A stretch of 60,826 nucleotides of DNA, filler included. It is 6 parts of 6 records of this genome, joined end to end, with 100 filler letters (N's around TTAATTAATTAA, not from the genome) between each part and the next. Parts side by side here need not be neighbours in the genome. Positions count along the whole stretch, not along the records: positions 39,524 to 47,857 come from SRR2962707_2534; positions 47,958 to 55,618 come from SRR2962707_2537; 4 more parts are not named here. One strand, given 5' to 3'. A program made the translations under genes and the position numbers. Position 1 is the stretch's first letter. Each line of letters begins with the position of its first letter. The notes below the pieces were generated by a model. The model saw only the letters and a list, made by a program, of their open reading frames with translations, did no database searches and was not told where the DNA came from. Shown in pieces: positions 39,424-50,405 of the stretch.

Positions 39424-39523
39424 NNNNNNNNNNNNNNNNNNNNNNNNNNNNNNNNNNNNNNNNNNNNTTAATTAATTAANNNNNNNNNNNNNNNNNNNNN
39501 NNNNNNNNNNNNNNNNNNNNNNN
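39424..39523. other. artificial contig linker
   Basis: N44-TTAATTAATTAA-N44. Confidence 0.99.
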
Positions 39524-39862
39524 AATTTGACTTCATTCATCCTACAAGCTTAGATTGGGAACCGTGGGAAACAGCCCACGCCGTGCGATATTTGTACAGG
39601 CTATGTAAAAACATGCAATGTTACATAGCCTGTACAACTTCCCGATAGTAAAAATTATTTCAAACATCAAGTCTCACAATTCAAAACACTTAGAAATTAC
39701 GTACTTTAACAAAACGCAAGTCCGAGTAAGTTGTGCGTTACTTTCGACTTTCGCTCTTTTGTTTTTCTGGTCAGAAGAAGCTGCTGCAAGGGTTGATGGA
39801 GGGTGCTTCGCATCATTGCCGGCAAACGCAGACGTTGGCGTCCCTTAGCAGCAAAGCACGCG

Positions 39863-39884
39863 ACACACACACACACACACACAC
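39863..39884. repeat. (AC)n microsatellite
   Basis: ACACACACACACACACACAC tract; GT/GA tracts also near 40265-40317. Confidence 0.9.
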
Positions 39885-40318
39885 TTTACCCTGAACGCCA
39901 TGCCACAATTACCAGCGAGGAAGAGAGACAACAATAGCAATAGCAGAGAGAGAGTCTGGAGCGGGAATCTGGAGAGAGAGAGCGGGGTGGATACGTTTCC
40001 GTTTCTCACTACATCTGAAACAAACGGAAACAGAAGCGACGGAAATCTCCGGAGCCCCGTTGTTCGAGAGGACAAGAGCGCTTCATCAAAATTGATTGCA
40101 CAGTGACTTTTGGGTGTCGTTTGCTGTAGTTGGTCGCAGTGATGTTGCCTGTTGGTGCAGACTAAGCGAGAAAAAAACACCATGAGGAAGAAGAACTGTA
40201 TTAATAAGTAGCCAGCTCCACCGGTTTATCGCGAACGAGCGACTCCCCCCCATTCGTTGCAGTGAGGGTGAGTGAGTCGATGAGTGTGTGTGTGTGAGTG
40301 TGTGAGAGTCAGTGAGAC

Positions 40319-43300
40319 ATGGGTGCCGGAGCTTCCATCCCTCTTCCCGACTTTCTGAACCGGCAGGAGACGATGGTGCTGGCAGGCCGGGGCAGGTTCA
40401 GCGAGTTGAGGTGGGTCAAAGTTGCCCGAGAAAATTTACCGCTGGGTGAAGAGCCCACGGAGAGCACTTTGATCTCTCGGCGGCAGTTCCAGGTCGGTTT
40501 TCTGGACGAGATCTCCACCGACGAAGAGAGCGAGGGAGACGAGGAGCCAGAAGTCATGACGGGGGTGGGACTCCCTCGCGACGGCCAAACAACTTTGTCG
40601 AAAAGTCTCGTGCGCGGCTTGCTGGAAGAGGAGGACTGGTCGCAACGTGTCGCAGAGCAATTTGATGCACTCGCTGACGAGTACGGGTGCATTTCCTCGG
40701 CGCACTACGTTCAGCGAATTCTCTCCGTGGTTCGGAAGCAGCGGGTCGCGAATCGTGAGCGCCGCAAGGCCGAGCGGCAGCGGCTATTCGAGCTCGAGAA
40801 CAAAATGGCTTCGAAGTTGCAGGCCGTGGCGCGTGGATTCCTCAATCGAAAGCGTGATCGAGTCGTGCAAGCGGAAGGATTCGATTTCGAGCGTATCTGG
40901 TTTCGGTTATCGAAGGAGGAGCGAGTGATCTTGTCATTGCTGCGGGTACGCTATGACACTGATCCCATTCGATTCCTGGCGCAGCTGCGCAGGATCTTAC
41001 AGATTTGGGGGGACGCGTTAGTTGAGCATGACGCTGAAGATCTCCGTCGCCGAGCCCGCGAGGGGCCGAGTGCTGCCGAAACAGAAGCTTTCGCGAAAGC
41101 GAAGGCTGCAGCGGATGCGGCCGCCCTCCAGCCTGTGCGCAGATCACAGCTGGCAAAGTTTAAACCAAAGTCAACACAGGAAAGAGAACAAGAGCGAGAA
41201 GCGGCAAGGGCGGCGAAGCGAAGGGAACAACAACGGCTGGATGCTGCAAAGGAGTATCGCCGAGCGAGAGAGAAAGTAGAGCTGTTGCGGGAAGACCGGG
41301 AGAAGTACAACATCCCTCATTACGATGACAGCGAAGCAGAAGTTCGAGCGGCGTCTAAGCTCGCAGCCATTCGACGAGGAATGGCAGCACGCAAGATGTA
41401 TCCTCGTCTCGTTCACACAGCTCGCATATGGGTTGAACGAATGCCAATTGCACAGTTCAGAAAGTTGTTTGTCAAAGAGCTTGAAGGCGTCGCACTGGTT
41501 CTGGACGTTGAGGGTTTCCAGGCTCTCGAAGCGCAGGGGCTTGTAAAGGTGGTTCGGGGCAGTGTTTGGCACATGGATATCCTGGAATCCGTGGCAGGAA
41601 CCGTATTCAGCAATCGAGACATGGACCCATTGAAATTACTCGATCAATGTTTCGAGGAACTGGATTTTCCCGTTCATATTACAACGGCGATGCGCGCCGA
41701 GGACCGCACCGTCTTTTTGCGCCTGTCAGCCCGCTTTCGCCAGGCACCTCACAGGGTCTATGGTCAAATGCAACAACTTTGGAAAGAGCTGCATCCACTT
41801 GCGTTTGCTGTGCGGCATTCATGGTGCAGTGACGATGACGCTATTGTGGCGCAACATTTTCATGACCTTCAGCGAGACTCGCTAGGAAGAGCACCATTCA
41901 AAAGCAGTTATTCCGCGCTTCAAAATTGGCTCTGCGGAGCCATTGATATTGCGGCTCGTCAGGCAGTTACTCCCGATGGGGCACCAGCCACACGGACTGA
42001 AGGTGCGTTTGAAAGCATGACACCTGGTGCAGCAGCTGGACTTTCACCATCAAGCAGCACATCAGGGCAAACTAGGTGGCCAAAGCCAATTGAACGCATA
42101 GAGCCTTGGGTACGCAAAATCCTGTCTCGTTGGGCAACGTTCCGCGACCTTCGTGATGCACGAGAGGAAACCTTTCGTGCTATCCAACGAGCTTCTGAGA
42201 CTGTCATTCGCACTGAAGGGTACAAAATTGAGCGTCGTACTTTTGCAGGCCTAGGCCGTCCAAGTCTCGCAGACCAACTTGGAAACATTGGGCTTTCAGC
42301 AGGAGCCACAGGCGCTATGGGTGCCGCTCGAATTGACCCGCTTCGCTACGGCGATGGCCATCCTGCACAACTCCCAACTATTAATCTCAACTGGCCATCA
42401 GCGCGACAATGGCAGCGACGAAAATTTTTCCGTCACTCCAAAAGCTACGTTTTTATGCAGGTATGCTTTTGCGTTGACATGTAGCCAAATCACATTTTGT
42501 TTGAGTGACTGCATGCGTCGAGCTTTAAACGTTGTGCGTTGGTGTGTGCCTGTGGTTGCCGATACCTTTGCTGGTTGTTTTTTCTATCTCCTGGACTGAT
42601 GATGGCACAGATATTACTCGCGCGGGCGATGGAGCCACTTTTCTCGTTGTTTTGCCGATTGCTTTGCACGACCGCGGAGACAACTTCAGTGTCAGCACCA
42701 ACAGCAAACCCTGCTCACGGCATGCGCGTTCATGCAACGTTTAGGACACGCGTTAAAACGTACGAGGCAATGCACCGGTGCATGGAGCGCGATGCTGCTG
42801 CACACGCTGCCAGTCTGCGCGTACACAAAGCACGACAAAGGCGCAACGAAGAGTTGGAAGCAGAAGCAAAGGTGGACTTAGAACTTGCTGAACTGGCGAT
42901 TCGGCGTGACATGACTGCACAAGCGCTGCAAGATCAACTTGAGAGCAGTGCTGCTGCAAGAACAGCTGGTGGCTTGGGTGACGAGGCAAAGGAAACCTCG
43001 TCGGGCTTTGGCGTCCAGAGCACCAATGAGTCCAAGGAAGGTGGCACAAGTGGAATCGACAAGTCATCGACAGCAGCGTCAATCGCCCTTGACAGTGTCG
43101 ATCCTAGCTTGGCGGTCTTGGCGACACTCCAGGAAGCTACTCCTTTTTCGGACATGTATGGTTCTTCGATTCCAGCTGTTCAAGTCGAGGTTTTCGACCG
43201 CGAAAGCTTTGAAGCAAAAATTGAGAAGCGACAGCAGGCAGAATTTGCAGCGCGCCGAGACGAATACACCCATGCACGTCCCAGTCCAACAGCAGCACAT

Positions 43301-45184
43301 CGTGAATCGTTAAAAAGCCTGCGTGCATTGCTCACCGACCATAACAACGGCGCAGATGCTTGCACTAATGAGAAGACATCAAATCGACATGATCCTGGGG
43401 CAAGCAATAGAGTTTGTGATGTGGATGCGGTCATGCAATTCCTTGCAATGTGTCCAGAGTCCGAGGATCACAAGCGGGAGCTCAAGTTAACGCGACGATC
43501 CCGTCAACTGCACTTGCAACAACAAGCAGTCATAGAGGACCCTGCTGGTGACAACTTTGGGGAAGATGTAGACAGAACAGGGATTGCTGCAACAAAAGCC
43601 GGGGAGACAAGTCGCGCGCAAGTGCAAAGAAGCTATCATGCAAGGTTGCTCCTAGACAACTTTCCGGAAGCGCCAGGTTTGCCGCTTCAGACTCAGTCAC
43701 GGGATAGACTTTACGCTGCGCTACTTGACGCAGTATATGGCCCGCCCTCAAATGTCAGCAACAGTCATGACAGCAGTAACAATGATGCCAAGAAAAGGAC
43801 ACTAACTCTTGCGTACGATGCTGACGGCAGTGACTACTTCGACGATCGTGATCTTGAGCGAGGAGGACCTGGTGCTGGTGTACGGCGTCTGGAACGCGAG
43901 CCAGCAAGTTTTACAGATACTGTTCGTTGTACCGTCACAGCCGAGACCCCGGAGGTTCTTGCTGACTTCACCGAACGGTTGCTTGCCTGGAACACTTCTG
44001 ACAAGAATCAACGCGGAAAGGTGGCGGGGCCTGATGCTGAAAGAGACAAGTCGAGCAGTTGTGTGGGTGAGGGTGAACCTTTTAACGAGGTCGCCGATGC
44101 TTCTGTTGTCAGTCAATCGACGGTGCAATTCCGGGACGACGTCGATGATGCATACGCCTCCAGTGAACGTGACTCACCTGATACGCAACAACGAGACTCC
44201 AAACACAGTCGGATGGAACTGTTGCTAGCAGCGGGGGCTCCTCAAGTTCTCGCTATTCGCAATGGGTTCTCGAAGCGGTACTCCGCGCTTACTAAAGTGC
44301 AGTGCGGCTACCGAGATATCCGCTTGGCATTGCTCTTTAACCCCACACCACTTTTAGTGAAGGCGCTTGTGCCACTCGCTCGTGCGGAAGCCATCTGCCG
44401 TGCTGCAAGACCTGGTTCCTTGGAGGCATTATCAGCAGCTAGAGAAGTTTCTCGACAAGAAGCCGCTTTCTGGCATGCGTTGCAAAACCCACCCGCTGCT
44501 GCACCGGAAGTCGATGCCAGTGTGGCGGCTGACGAAGAAAGACGACAACGTTTGCGACGTTCGCTATCGCAAAGCATGTCTCCGCGAGGATTAAGCCCTA
44601 CTACTGCATCAGGTGCAGGGCACCGTCCTCTCATGAGTCGTGAAGAAGAGCTGGAACGAGCAAAGAAGAGAATTGAGGAGCAACGCCGTCGCGCAGCAAC
44701 CGTCACATGGGGCGACGTTTTTGACCTCCGTCAGCCAGATGTAAAAGTTGCTGACATGATCAACACTGTCTCCTTAAATGGCGCAGGACCAGACACAAAA
44801 AAGCACGGTCGTGTTGCCAAAGAGGAGGAGGGCAAACAACGGGATTCCGGCCTCAACAGTAGCGATGTCCAAAGCGACCCAAATGTGCTAGAGCCAGGCT
44901 CATGGGCCTTGTGGGAGGCATCTTTCTTTCAGGGAATGCCTGCGGCTCAAGCATTGGACCTACGTTCGGAGCTTCAGAAAGCGCGCGATTTCTTACTGTC
45001 TCGAGAGTTTCGCTCCAAGCCTGCTGCATTGGTGGGCGAACTCCAACTTCAGTTACCTGAGTACCGATCCCTGCAGCAGCAGCAGCGCCTTCATTTGGAG
45101 GTTGTTGCACCATCTGAGCCGAGCGAATTGCAGCGTCATTTTGCATTTCACCCTGTTGCACATGAAGAAGTGGTCCTGTTGTGA
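40319..45184 (+). CDS. eukaryotic two-exon gene (40319-42460 + 42611-45184, ~1571 aa): MGAGAS start, IQ motifs, RelA/SpoT-like motifs
   Basis: CAG|GTATGC donor at 42461 and pyrimidine tract...CTGAT...ACAG| acceptor at 42610 join the 721-aa and 881-aa ORFs in phase 0 (YVFMQ|ILLARAM). Confidence 0.75.
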
Positions 45185-45367
45185 TGGGTGGCCTGTTGTG
45201 ATGGGTAGCGTTTTGCTAATATGGGATGTGTTAGCGTGGGTTTGTGAAAGTAGATCTGCGCGGTGGAGCTATGGGGAACTCTCTCTCTCATGCATACAAG
45301 GTATTCGTTGCCCTTGCCAAGACCGGTGAAAGTAAGCAAATAAATTATTGAAGGAAAGAAACTACAA

Positions 45368-47164
45368 TCAACTGGGTGACATTTGATCCACACTCACAGG
45401 CACAGGGGAAAGTTTGTTTTGCACTTCACGCGCGAGTTCTAGAACCTCCGCCACATAGTCGTGGTCCGCACTGTCCTGCTCAGCGATCGCTGTCAGTCGT
45501 TGCTCTGCCTGGTCGACCACCATCAACGCCGCTGAAAAAGTATCCGATCTAGCCTTTGCGGCTTCAAGTGCTTGATTGGCCGCAACATCGCCAATTTCAA
45601 CAAATTTTGCATCCATGGTAGCCTTGGCCAAGAGCGCAGCAAGAGAATCCACTGTCACGATGGCTTTCTCAATGGCATCTGCAGTTTGTGCGCATTGAAG
45701 AGTGTGCAAACCCACTGTGAGCCACGACACTGCTTCGTTTTGCAGCTCTGCAATCAGGGCTGAGTGAGTTGGACGCGTCTCTTCAGCAGAATTATCAACT
45801 AAATCAACCACAAGGGCCACAGCTTTTGCGATAAACCGGCACTGGCCTGCAGACAGTTGCGAGCTGCAGCTGCTATCCACACTATCGAGAGTGGAAGAAA
45901 CGATGGTCTCCATCGCCACAGCTTCCAACAGCAGTGTTTGCAGCTGCTCTACACCCCCAAGGCGCAAAAACTGTTCTTGTGCAGGTGGATTGTGCCTTAG
46001 CAAAGAACCGAGACAGTAAATGCCCTTCGAAGCGGCAGCGGTGTCGCCGCGCGGGTAAGCCTCGAGGATCAAATCCAGAACATCTGGCAGTACAAATGAA
46101 TCAGCGACCGCCGACTGCAGCTTCCACTGATTCTTTACTGCGGTGCCAAGAACCCACGCTGCTCGCGCACGCACCGTTAGAATATCAGTTTCGTGGATTT
46201 CATCATCACCATCGTCAGGAAGCTCTCGGCCAAAGCGAAGTGCGTCTCCGATGACATTCAGACCGCCAAGAAAAAAAAAGTCACCAGCATGGTCGATGTC
46301 ACTCACAATGTACTCTAAGTCCAGCAGAGCCTCAAGTTGTTCGTCAACAGTACTAACGTTGAGCCCTGCAGCTAAAGTTGCCTCTCGTTGATCGGGACGG
46401 CCACGAACAAGTACACCAAGTAGCCTCTTGATAAGTTTGACGTCGTCGCGGGTGTGCTTGAAGGCTTCTCGGATTTCAGCTTGACGTTTTTGCCAAACGC
46501 GACGGTATATTTCTTCCATTTGCTCGTCGGTGAGCCTAGCTTCAAGGCCCTCCAATAACTCGGGCTCAGGTTCTGGAAGGTCCAGCAACAACTGCTTCAG
46601 TGTGTCTGTGAGATCACCGACAAGCTCTGGAATAGGCGTTTCGTCCGCAGCCTCGACATCTAGGTCTGTGCCCCACACAACGCTGGGTTCTGCACCGCCA
46701 ACTGGAAGCGGTGCTTCGCTGTCCACATCTGCAATCGCAGGTGCATTAAATACTGGGCCGGAGGACACTGGATCTTCAGCAGCGAGGGAATCACCGTCTG
46801 CAAGCTTGGCAAATTTTTTGCCAGCTTCCAAATCGAAGCGAACATCCAAGCCTGGCGGGATTGGCTGCCCGTCAAGCACTTCTTGCCACTCCTTCGTCGG
46901 AGTGAAGTCAGGATGCAGTGGCCGAAAATCAGCTGGCGGATCATGGCCAGCGTTGTTGTAACTCTCACTAGAAGTGGTAACAATCGCTGGCTCGAGCGCA
47001 ACGGCGACGGCTGAAGAAGCACAGGACCCGTCACGGCACTCGTGGTTTTCGGCAATTTCCGGCGCGGTGGGAATCGTGCACAGTCCTGAAGCAAGGACAC
47101 AGGCGAGAAGCACGGCACACATTGCTGCCCTGCGCTTCTTGCGATGGCCAGCCGGGCGCGCCAT
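45368..47164 (-). CDS. SIL1: ER Hsp70 (BiP) nucleotide exchange factor SIL1
   Basis: Signal peptide; FTPTKEWQEVLDGQPIPPGLDVRFDLEAGKKFAKL SIL1 signature; LLDLEYIVSDIDHAGDFFFLGGL and AAWVLGTAVKN Fes1/ARM motifs. Confidence 0.88.
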   Translation of the reverse strand: MARPAGHRKKRRAAMCAVLLACVLASGLCTIPTAPEIAENHECRDGSCASSAVAVALEPAIVTTSSESYNNAGHDPPADFRPLHPDFTPTKEWQEVLDGQPIPPGLDVRFDLEAGKKFAKLADGDSLAAEDPVSSGPVFNAPAIADVDSEAPLPVGGAEPSVVWGTDLDVEAADETPIPELVGDLTDTLKQLLLDLPEPEPELLEGLEARLTDEQMEEIYRRVWQKRQAEIREAFKHTRDDVKLIKRLLGVLVRGRPDQREATLAAGLNVSTVDEQLEALLDLEYIVSDIDHAGDFFFLGGLNVIGDALRFGRELPDDGDDEIHETDILTVRARAAWVLGTAVKNQWKLQSAVADSFVLPDVLDLILEAYPRGDTAAASKGIYCLGSLLRHNPPAQEQFLRLGGVEQLQTLLLEAVAMETIVSSTLDSVDSSCSSQLSAGQCRFIAKAVALVVDLVDNSAEETRPTHSALIAELQNEAVSWLTVGLHTLQCAQTADAIEKAIVTVDSLAALLAKATMDAKFVEIGDVAANQALEAAKARSDTFSAALMVVDQAEQRLTAIAEQDSADHDYVAEVLELAREVQNKLSPVPVSVDQMSPS

Positions 47165-47744
47165 GCTTAAGCAGTCGAAGATGGGAGCGAGACACCTGCC
47201 TCAGCTGCGGAAATCCGAGTAGTTTCACAGCAACGGTTTGGTTTGAGTTCCAGGCGGCAAGCTGCAGGTGGAGGATTGCTGAAAACTACATCAATTTCAA
47301 ATGATATCTTCACTTGAAACGCCTCGCAAAGAACGGAGGAGGGCAGTGTTGCTCGGCAATTGACTTGCAGAGAGACGCGGGTGGAGAGCAAGGAGACCTA
47401 GGAGAAGAGGGAGAAGGCGGAGGAGGAGGAGAATGCATGCCCGAGCGTGAAATAGACTGATGCCTTAGAGCGTGCGTGTGAGTGTGTAGGAGTATGACCC
47501 AGAGACGATGGTTGGCTGGATGGCTCGCCAACACTTGCCAACAACGCGGCTTCCTGTACCTCACCTAAATCCAACACGACGGACAACACCCGCTAGCTCT
47601 CAGCTGCTGCCCCGTCATCGTTGCATTGCCCGGCCAACAGGCGCTCGTTCTTCGAGAGTTGCAGTTTGTCGCGGGACTGAGCGCGCTCACTCCTGATCGT
47701 GTGCGAATGATGCTTCGTGTTATTGATGAGGAATGTATGTCATG

Positions 47745-47857
47745 TATGTGTTGTGTTGCAGTGTGTTCCAGTGTGTGAGTGTGTTGCTGTGTGTGAGTTC
47801 GTGCGTAAGTGGAGTGCGAGAGAGTGAGTGTGCGTGCGTGCGTGCGTGTGTGCGTGC
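47745..47857. repeat. GT/GCGT simple-repeat tract at contig end
   Basis: GTGTGAGTGTGT...TGCGTGCGTGCGTGCGTG. Confidence 0.85.
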
Positions 47858-47957
47858 NNNNNNNNNNNNNNNNNNNNNNNNNNNNNNNNNNNNNNNNNNN
47901 NTTAATTAATTAANNNNNNNNNNNNNNNNNNNNNNNNNNNNNNNNNNNNNNNNNNNN
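47858..47957. other. artificial contig linker
   Basis: N44-TTAATTAATTAA-N44. Confidence 0.99.
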
Positions 47958-48146
47958 CAGCACGGTCTTGGGGCTGATCAGCAAGTCACCCAGTTTGGTC
48001 AGCACGTTGCTGCCGAGGATCAGGAAGAAGTTGCGTGGCACCTCACGGCAGGCTTCATCGGGGATGTCCGTGCAGACCCGGGCGTCTTCTTCGTTGGCAA
48101 TCAGGCTGTAAACCTGGTCGAGGGTGTCCTTGTTTCTGGCGGGCAA
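47958..48146 (-). CDS. 5' end of MFS permease (partial)
   Basis: SD AGGAGG + TTG; NEEDARVCTDIPDEACREVPRNF...LTKLGDLLISPKTVL. Confidence 0.75.
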
Positions 48147-48231
48147 GTTGCCGTCCTCCTGAACAAATGGCTTATAAGGATACCAGCTAAGGCGAGTTGC
48201 CTTAAGGCAGGAGGGCCGCGTTGCGGGTGAT

Positions 48232-49353
48232 TCAGACCAGGTGGTGGTCCCACTGGACCGGCAGATCGGCGATTTGCCGTGACTGATTGTCCTGCCCCAG
48301 GCGCACCAGTTTTCCGCGTCCGGAGGAGATCAGGAAATCGCCTCCTGCCAAGGCCTGGACGCCAGCGCAGTCGGGTATGGACGCCCTGGCCAGCAGTTCG
48401 CCAGTGATGCCATTGAACACCACGGCGGTGCCGCCCACTGGCGACGCGGCAGCGACAAGGTCGTTCTCGGGATGGGCAACAACGCTGGCGATGTAGTTGG
48501 CCAGTGCTGCCTGGGTACCCTCATCGAATCGGATTTCCTGAAGCTCACCGCCTTCCAGCCGCGCGATGAGGGCGGGGGACTCGTGAAGGGGCCCCTGGTA
48601 CTGGTAGGCAACGTACACCCGGCCGTTCGAACCGGTACTGACATGACGGGCGCTTTGCTGGTGATGGGCAGGGTTGAACCGCCCAATAATCCGACCGCTG
48701 CGGCGGTTCATCAGGATCAGCGCGGGTTCCATGGTGTCGAGGTTCAGCTTGAGGCGATCGTAGTCCGGGTGGGTCAGTATGCCGCCGAGGCCGATCACCA
48801 GTGTTTCCCCGTCCGTGTGCAGTGTCAGCTCATGGGGGCCAATGCCCTGAAGCTCAAAGGTATCGACCCGCTGATAATTCTGCTCCGCGTCATAGACGGC
48901 AATAATGCCTTGCCCCGGCTCGTAGCGGCTGGCGGTGACATAGAGCCAGCGGCCGTCGGGGGAGAACACTCCGTGACCGACAAAGTGTTCCCCGGAAGCG
49001 GCTTTGACGCGATGTGTCCTGTTACCGCTGAGGGCGTCGAACCCGTAAAACGCCCAGCCGGGCCGGCGTTCGAAGAAGATGACCTGAGAGCCATCCGGGC
49101 GTGCACAGCCGCTGTGGCAACGGGTGTCGACCGGTGACTCCCATATGAGGTGACCTTTGCGGTTGATGGCACTAATGCCGAACTTACCCCCGGGCAGTCC
49201 CACGGCGCCGACGTACTGATCTGGCGGGTAATCCGATTTTCGAGGCAGCAGACTGCAGCCGGACAGGGTGGCTGCCAGTCCTCCGGCCATCCCCGCTTTC
49301 AGTAATTGTCTGCGGTTGATAAGTGCACCTCCGGGTTGCCTGTTGCTGCTCAT
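48232..49353 (-). CDS. DUF1513 family beta-propeller protein, Tat signal
   Basis: NRRQLLK, RCHS, RRPG, HFVGHGVFSPDG, GIGPHE, GGILTHPD, WDHH. Confidence 0.88.
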   Translation of the reverse strand: MSSNRQPGGALINRRQLLKAGMAGGLAATLSGCSLLPRKSDYPPDQYVGAVGLPGGKFGISAINRKGHLIWESPVDTRCHSGCARPDGSQVIFFERRPGWAFYGFDALSGNRTHRVKAASGEHFVGHGVFSPDGRWLYVTASRYEPGQGIIAVYDAEQNYQRVDTFELQGIGPHELTLHTDGETLVIGLGGILTHPDYDRLKLNLDTMEPALILMNRRSGRIIGRFNPAHHQQSARHVSTGSNGRVYVAYQYQGPLHESPALIARLEGGELQEIRFDEGTQAALANYIASVVAHPENDLVAAASPVGGTAVVFNGITGELLARASIPDCAGVQALAGGDFLISSGRGKLVRLGQDNQSRQIADLPVQWDHHLV

Positions 49354-50396
49354 CAGTCGCCGTCGCTGGAATTGAAGCCGCGAATGACGCCGAGTTCAAC
49401 CGCTGCCTGGTCATTGATCAGAGTGGTTAACTGGGAAACGTCAACGTAGAAGCCCTGGAGCAGGGAAAAGGCATCGTCATTGGAAAGCAGCTCAGTCATG
49501 GGGCGATGGAGTTCCGGGAAGTGCTCCAGAACGTCCTTGAACTGGTTTTCAATTCGTGGACCCAGTTGCGGTTGTTCGCTTTCCTTTAGCAGCTGTGTCA
49601 GGCCCGGCAGGAAAGACTGCTCCAGGCCATGGATGGTTGCTTCGATGGTCTTCAGACTACGGCCGCTACGCCAGGCATCGGCGGCGTAGACAGAACGTTT
49701 GCCATTCCCACGGAGCCCCATTGGCTGGGCAAGCCGGCGATCCTCCAGAATCTCCAGGGCCGCCATGCCGGCCCGGATGGTGGTGTCGCGGTATTGTTCC
49801 GTGGCCAGGTAATCCTCGCGGAACGCCTGCCATTGATCACTGAGTTGCTGGCTATTGGTTTCGATGTGGCCGGCAACCGCTCTCAGCAGGCCGCAGGTCT
49901 TTTCCGCGGGTAGGGCATTGTCGCTGGCGTTCAATGGTTCGTCGTACAACAGGTACTCCAGCATGGGAAAACCCTGTACGGCCACGCCGGACTCGGCGAT
50001 GAACTCACCCGATATCGGGTCTTCCGAGTTCAGCAGGTAGCTGGCTTTGCGGGCAATGAGGTTTTTCGGGTCGGGCCAGAACTGGAACTGCCAGGCAAGG
50101 TTGTCGTTCTCCACCGGGCCAAAATCCACATAACGGACACGCTGCCACGCCAGGAAGGCGTCCAGCCAGGCTTGCTCAAGGGGCTCGCGTGACGCCTGTT
50201 CCGGCGCGCTGCAGTAGTCGGCAGCCGCAACGGACAAGTCACCCGCTTCGGCCGCCAGAGACTGGTAACCTGCGAGAATTCCCTGGTGCCATTGTTGTGT
50301 CGCGTTGCTGTTCGTTTCAGTCTGGCTGGCAGCCATCCCAGCAGTTGGAACCAGTATCAGCGCGGCAATACCCACGGCTTTCGTTAATGGTCGCAT
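49353..50396 (-). CDS. imelysin family protein
   Basis: QFWPDPKN, AVQGFPMLEYLLYD, C-terminal GFNSSDGD. Confidence 0.9.
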   Translation of the reverse strand: MRPLTKAVGIAALILVPTAGMAASQTETNSNATQQWHQGILAGYQSLAAEAGDLSVAAADYCSAPEQASREPLEQAWLDAFLAWQRVRYVDFGPVENDNLAWQFQFWPDPKNLIARKASYLLNSEDPISGEFIAESGVAVQGFPMLEYLLYDEPLNASDNALPAEKTCGLLRAVAGHIETNSQQLSDQWQAFREDYLATEQYRDTTIRAGMAALEILEDRRLAQPMGLRGNGKRSVYAADAWRSGRSLKTIEATIHGLEQSFLPGLTQLLKESEQPQLGPRIENQFKDVLEHFPELHRPMTELLSNDDAFSLLQGFYVDVSQLTTLINDQAAVELGVIRGFNSSDGD

Positions 50397-50405
50397 GGCG
50401 TGTCC

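Noticed and set aside
39618-40183. Possible short spliced minus-strand gene (ATGGCGTTCAGG|GTAAAG...CTAAG|) in the eukaryotic contig
   Set aside because: Splice-like signals surround a microsatellite, but the product is unrecognisable; unsupported without transcripts.
45175-45206. Tandem CCTGTTGTGATGGGT duplication spanning the stop codon of the eukaryotic gene
   Set aside because: Two-copy local slippage duplication with no evidence of function.
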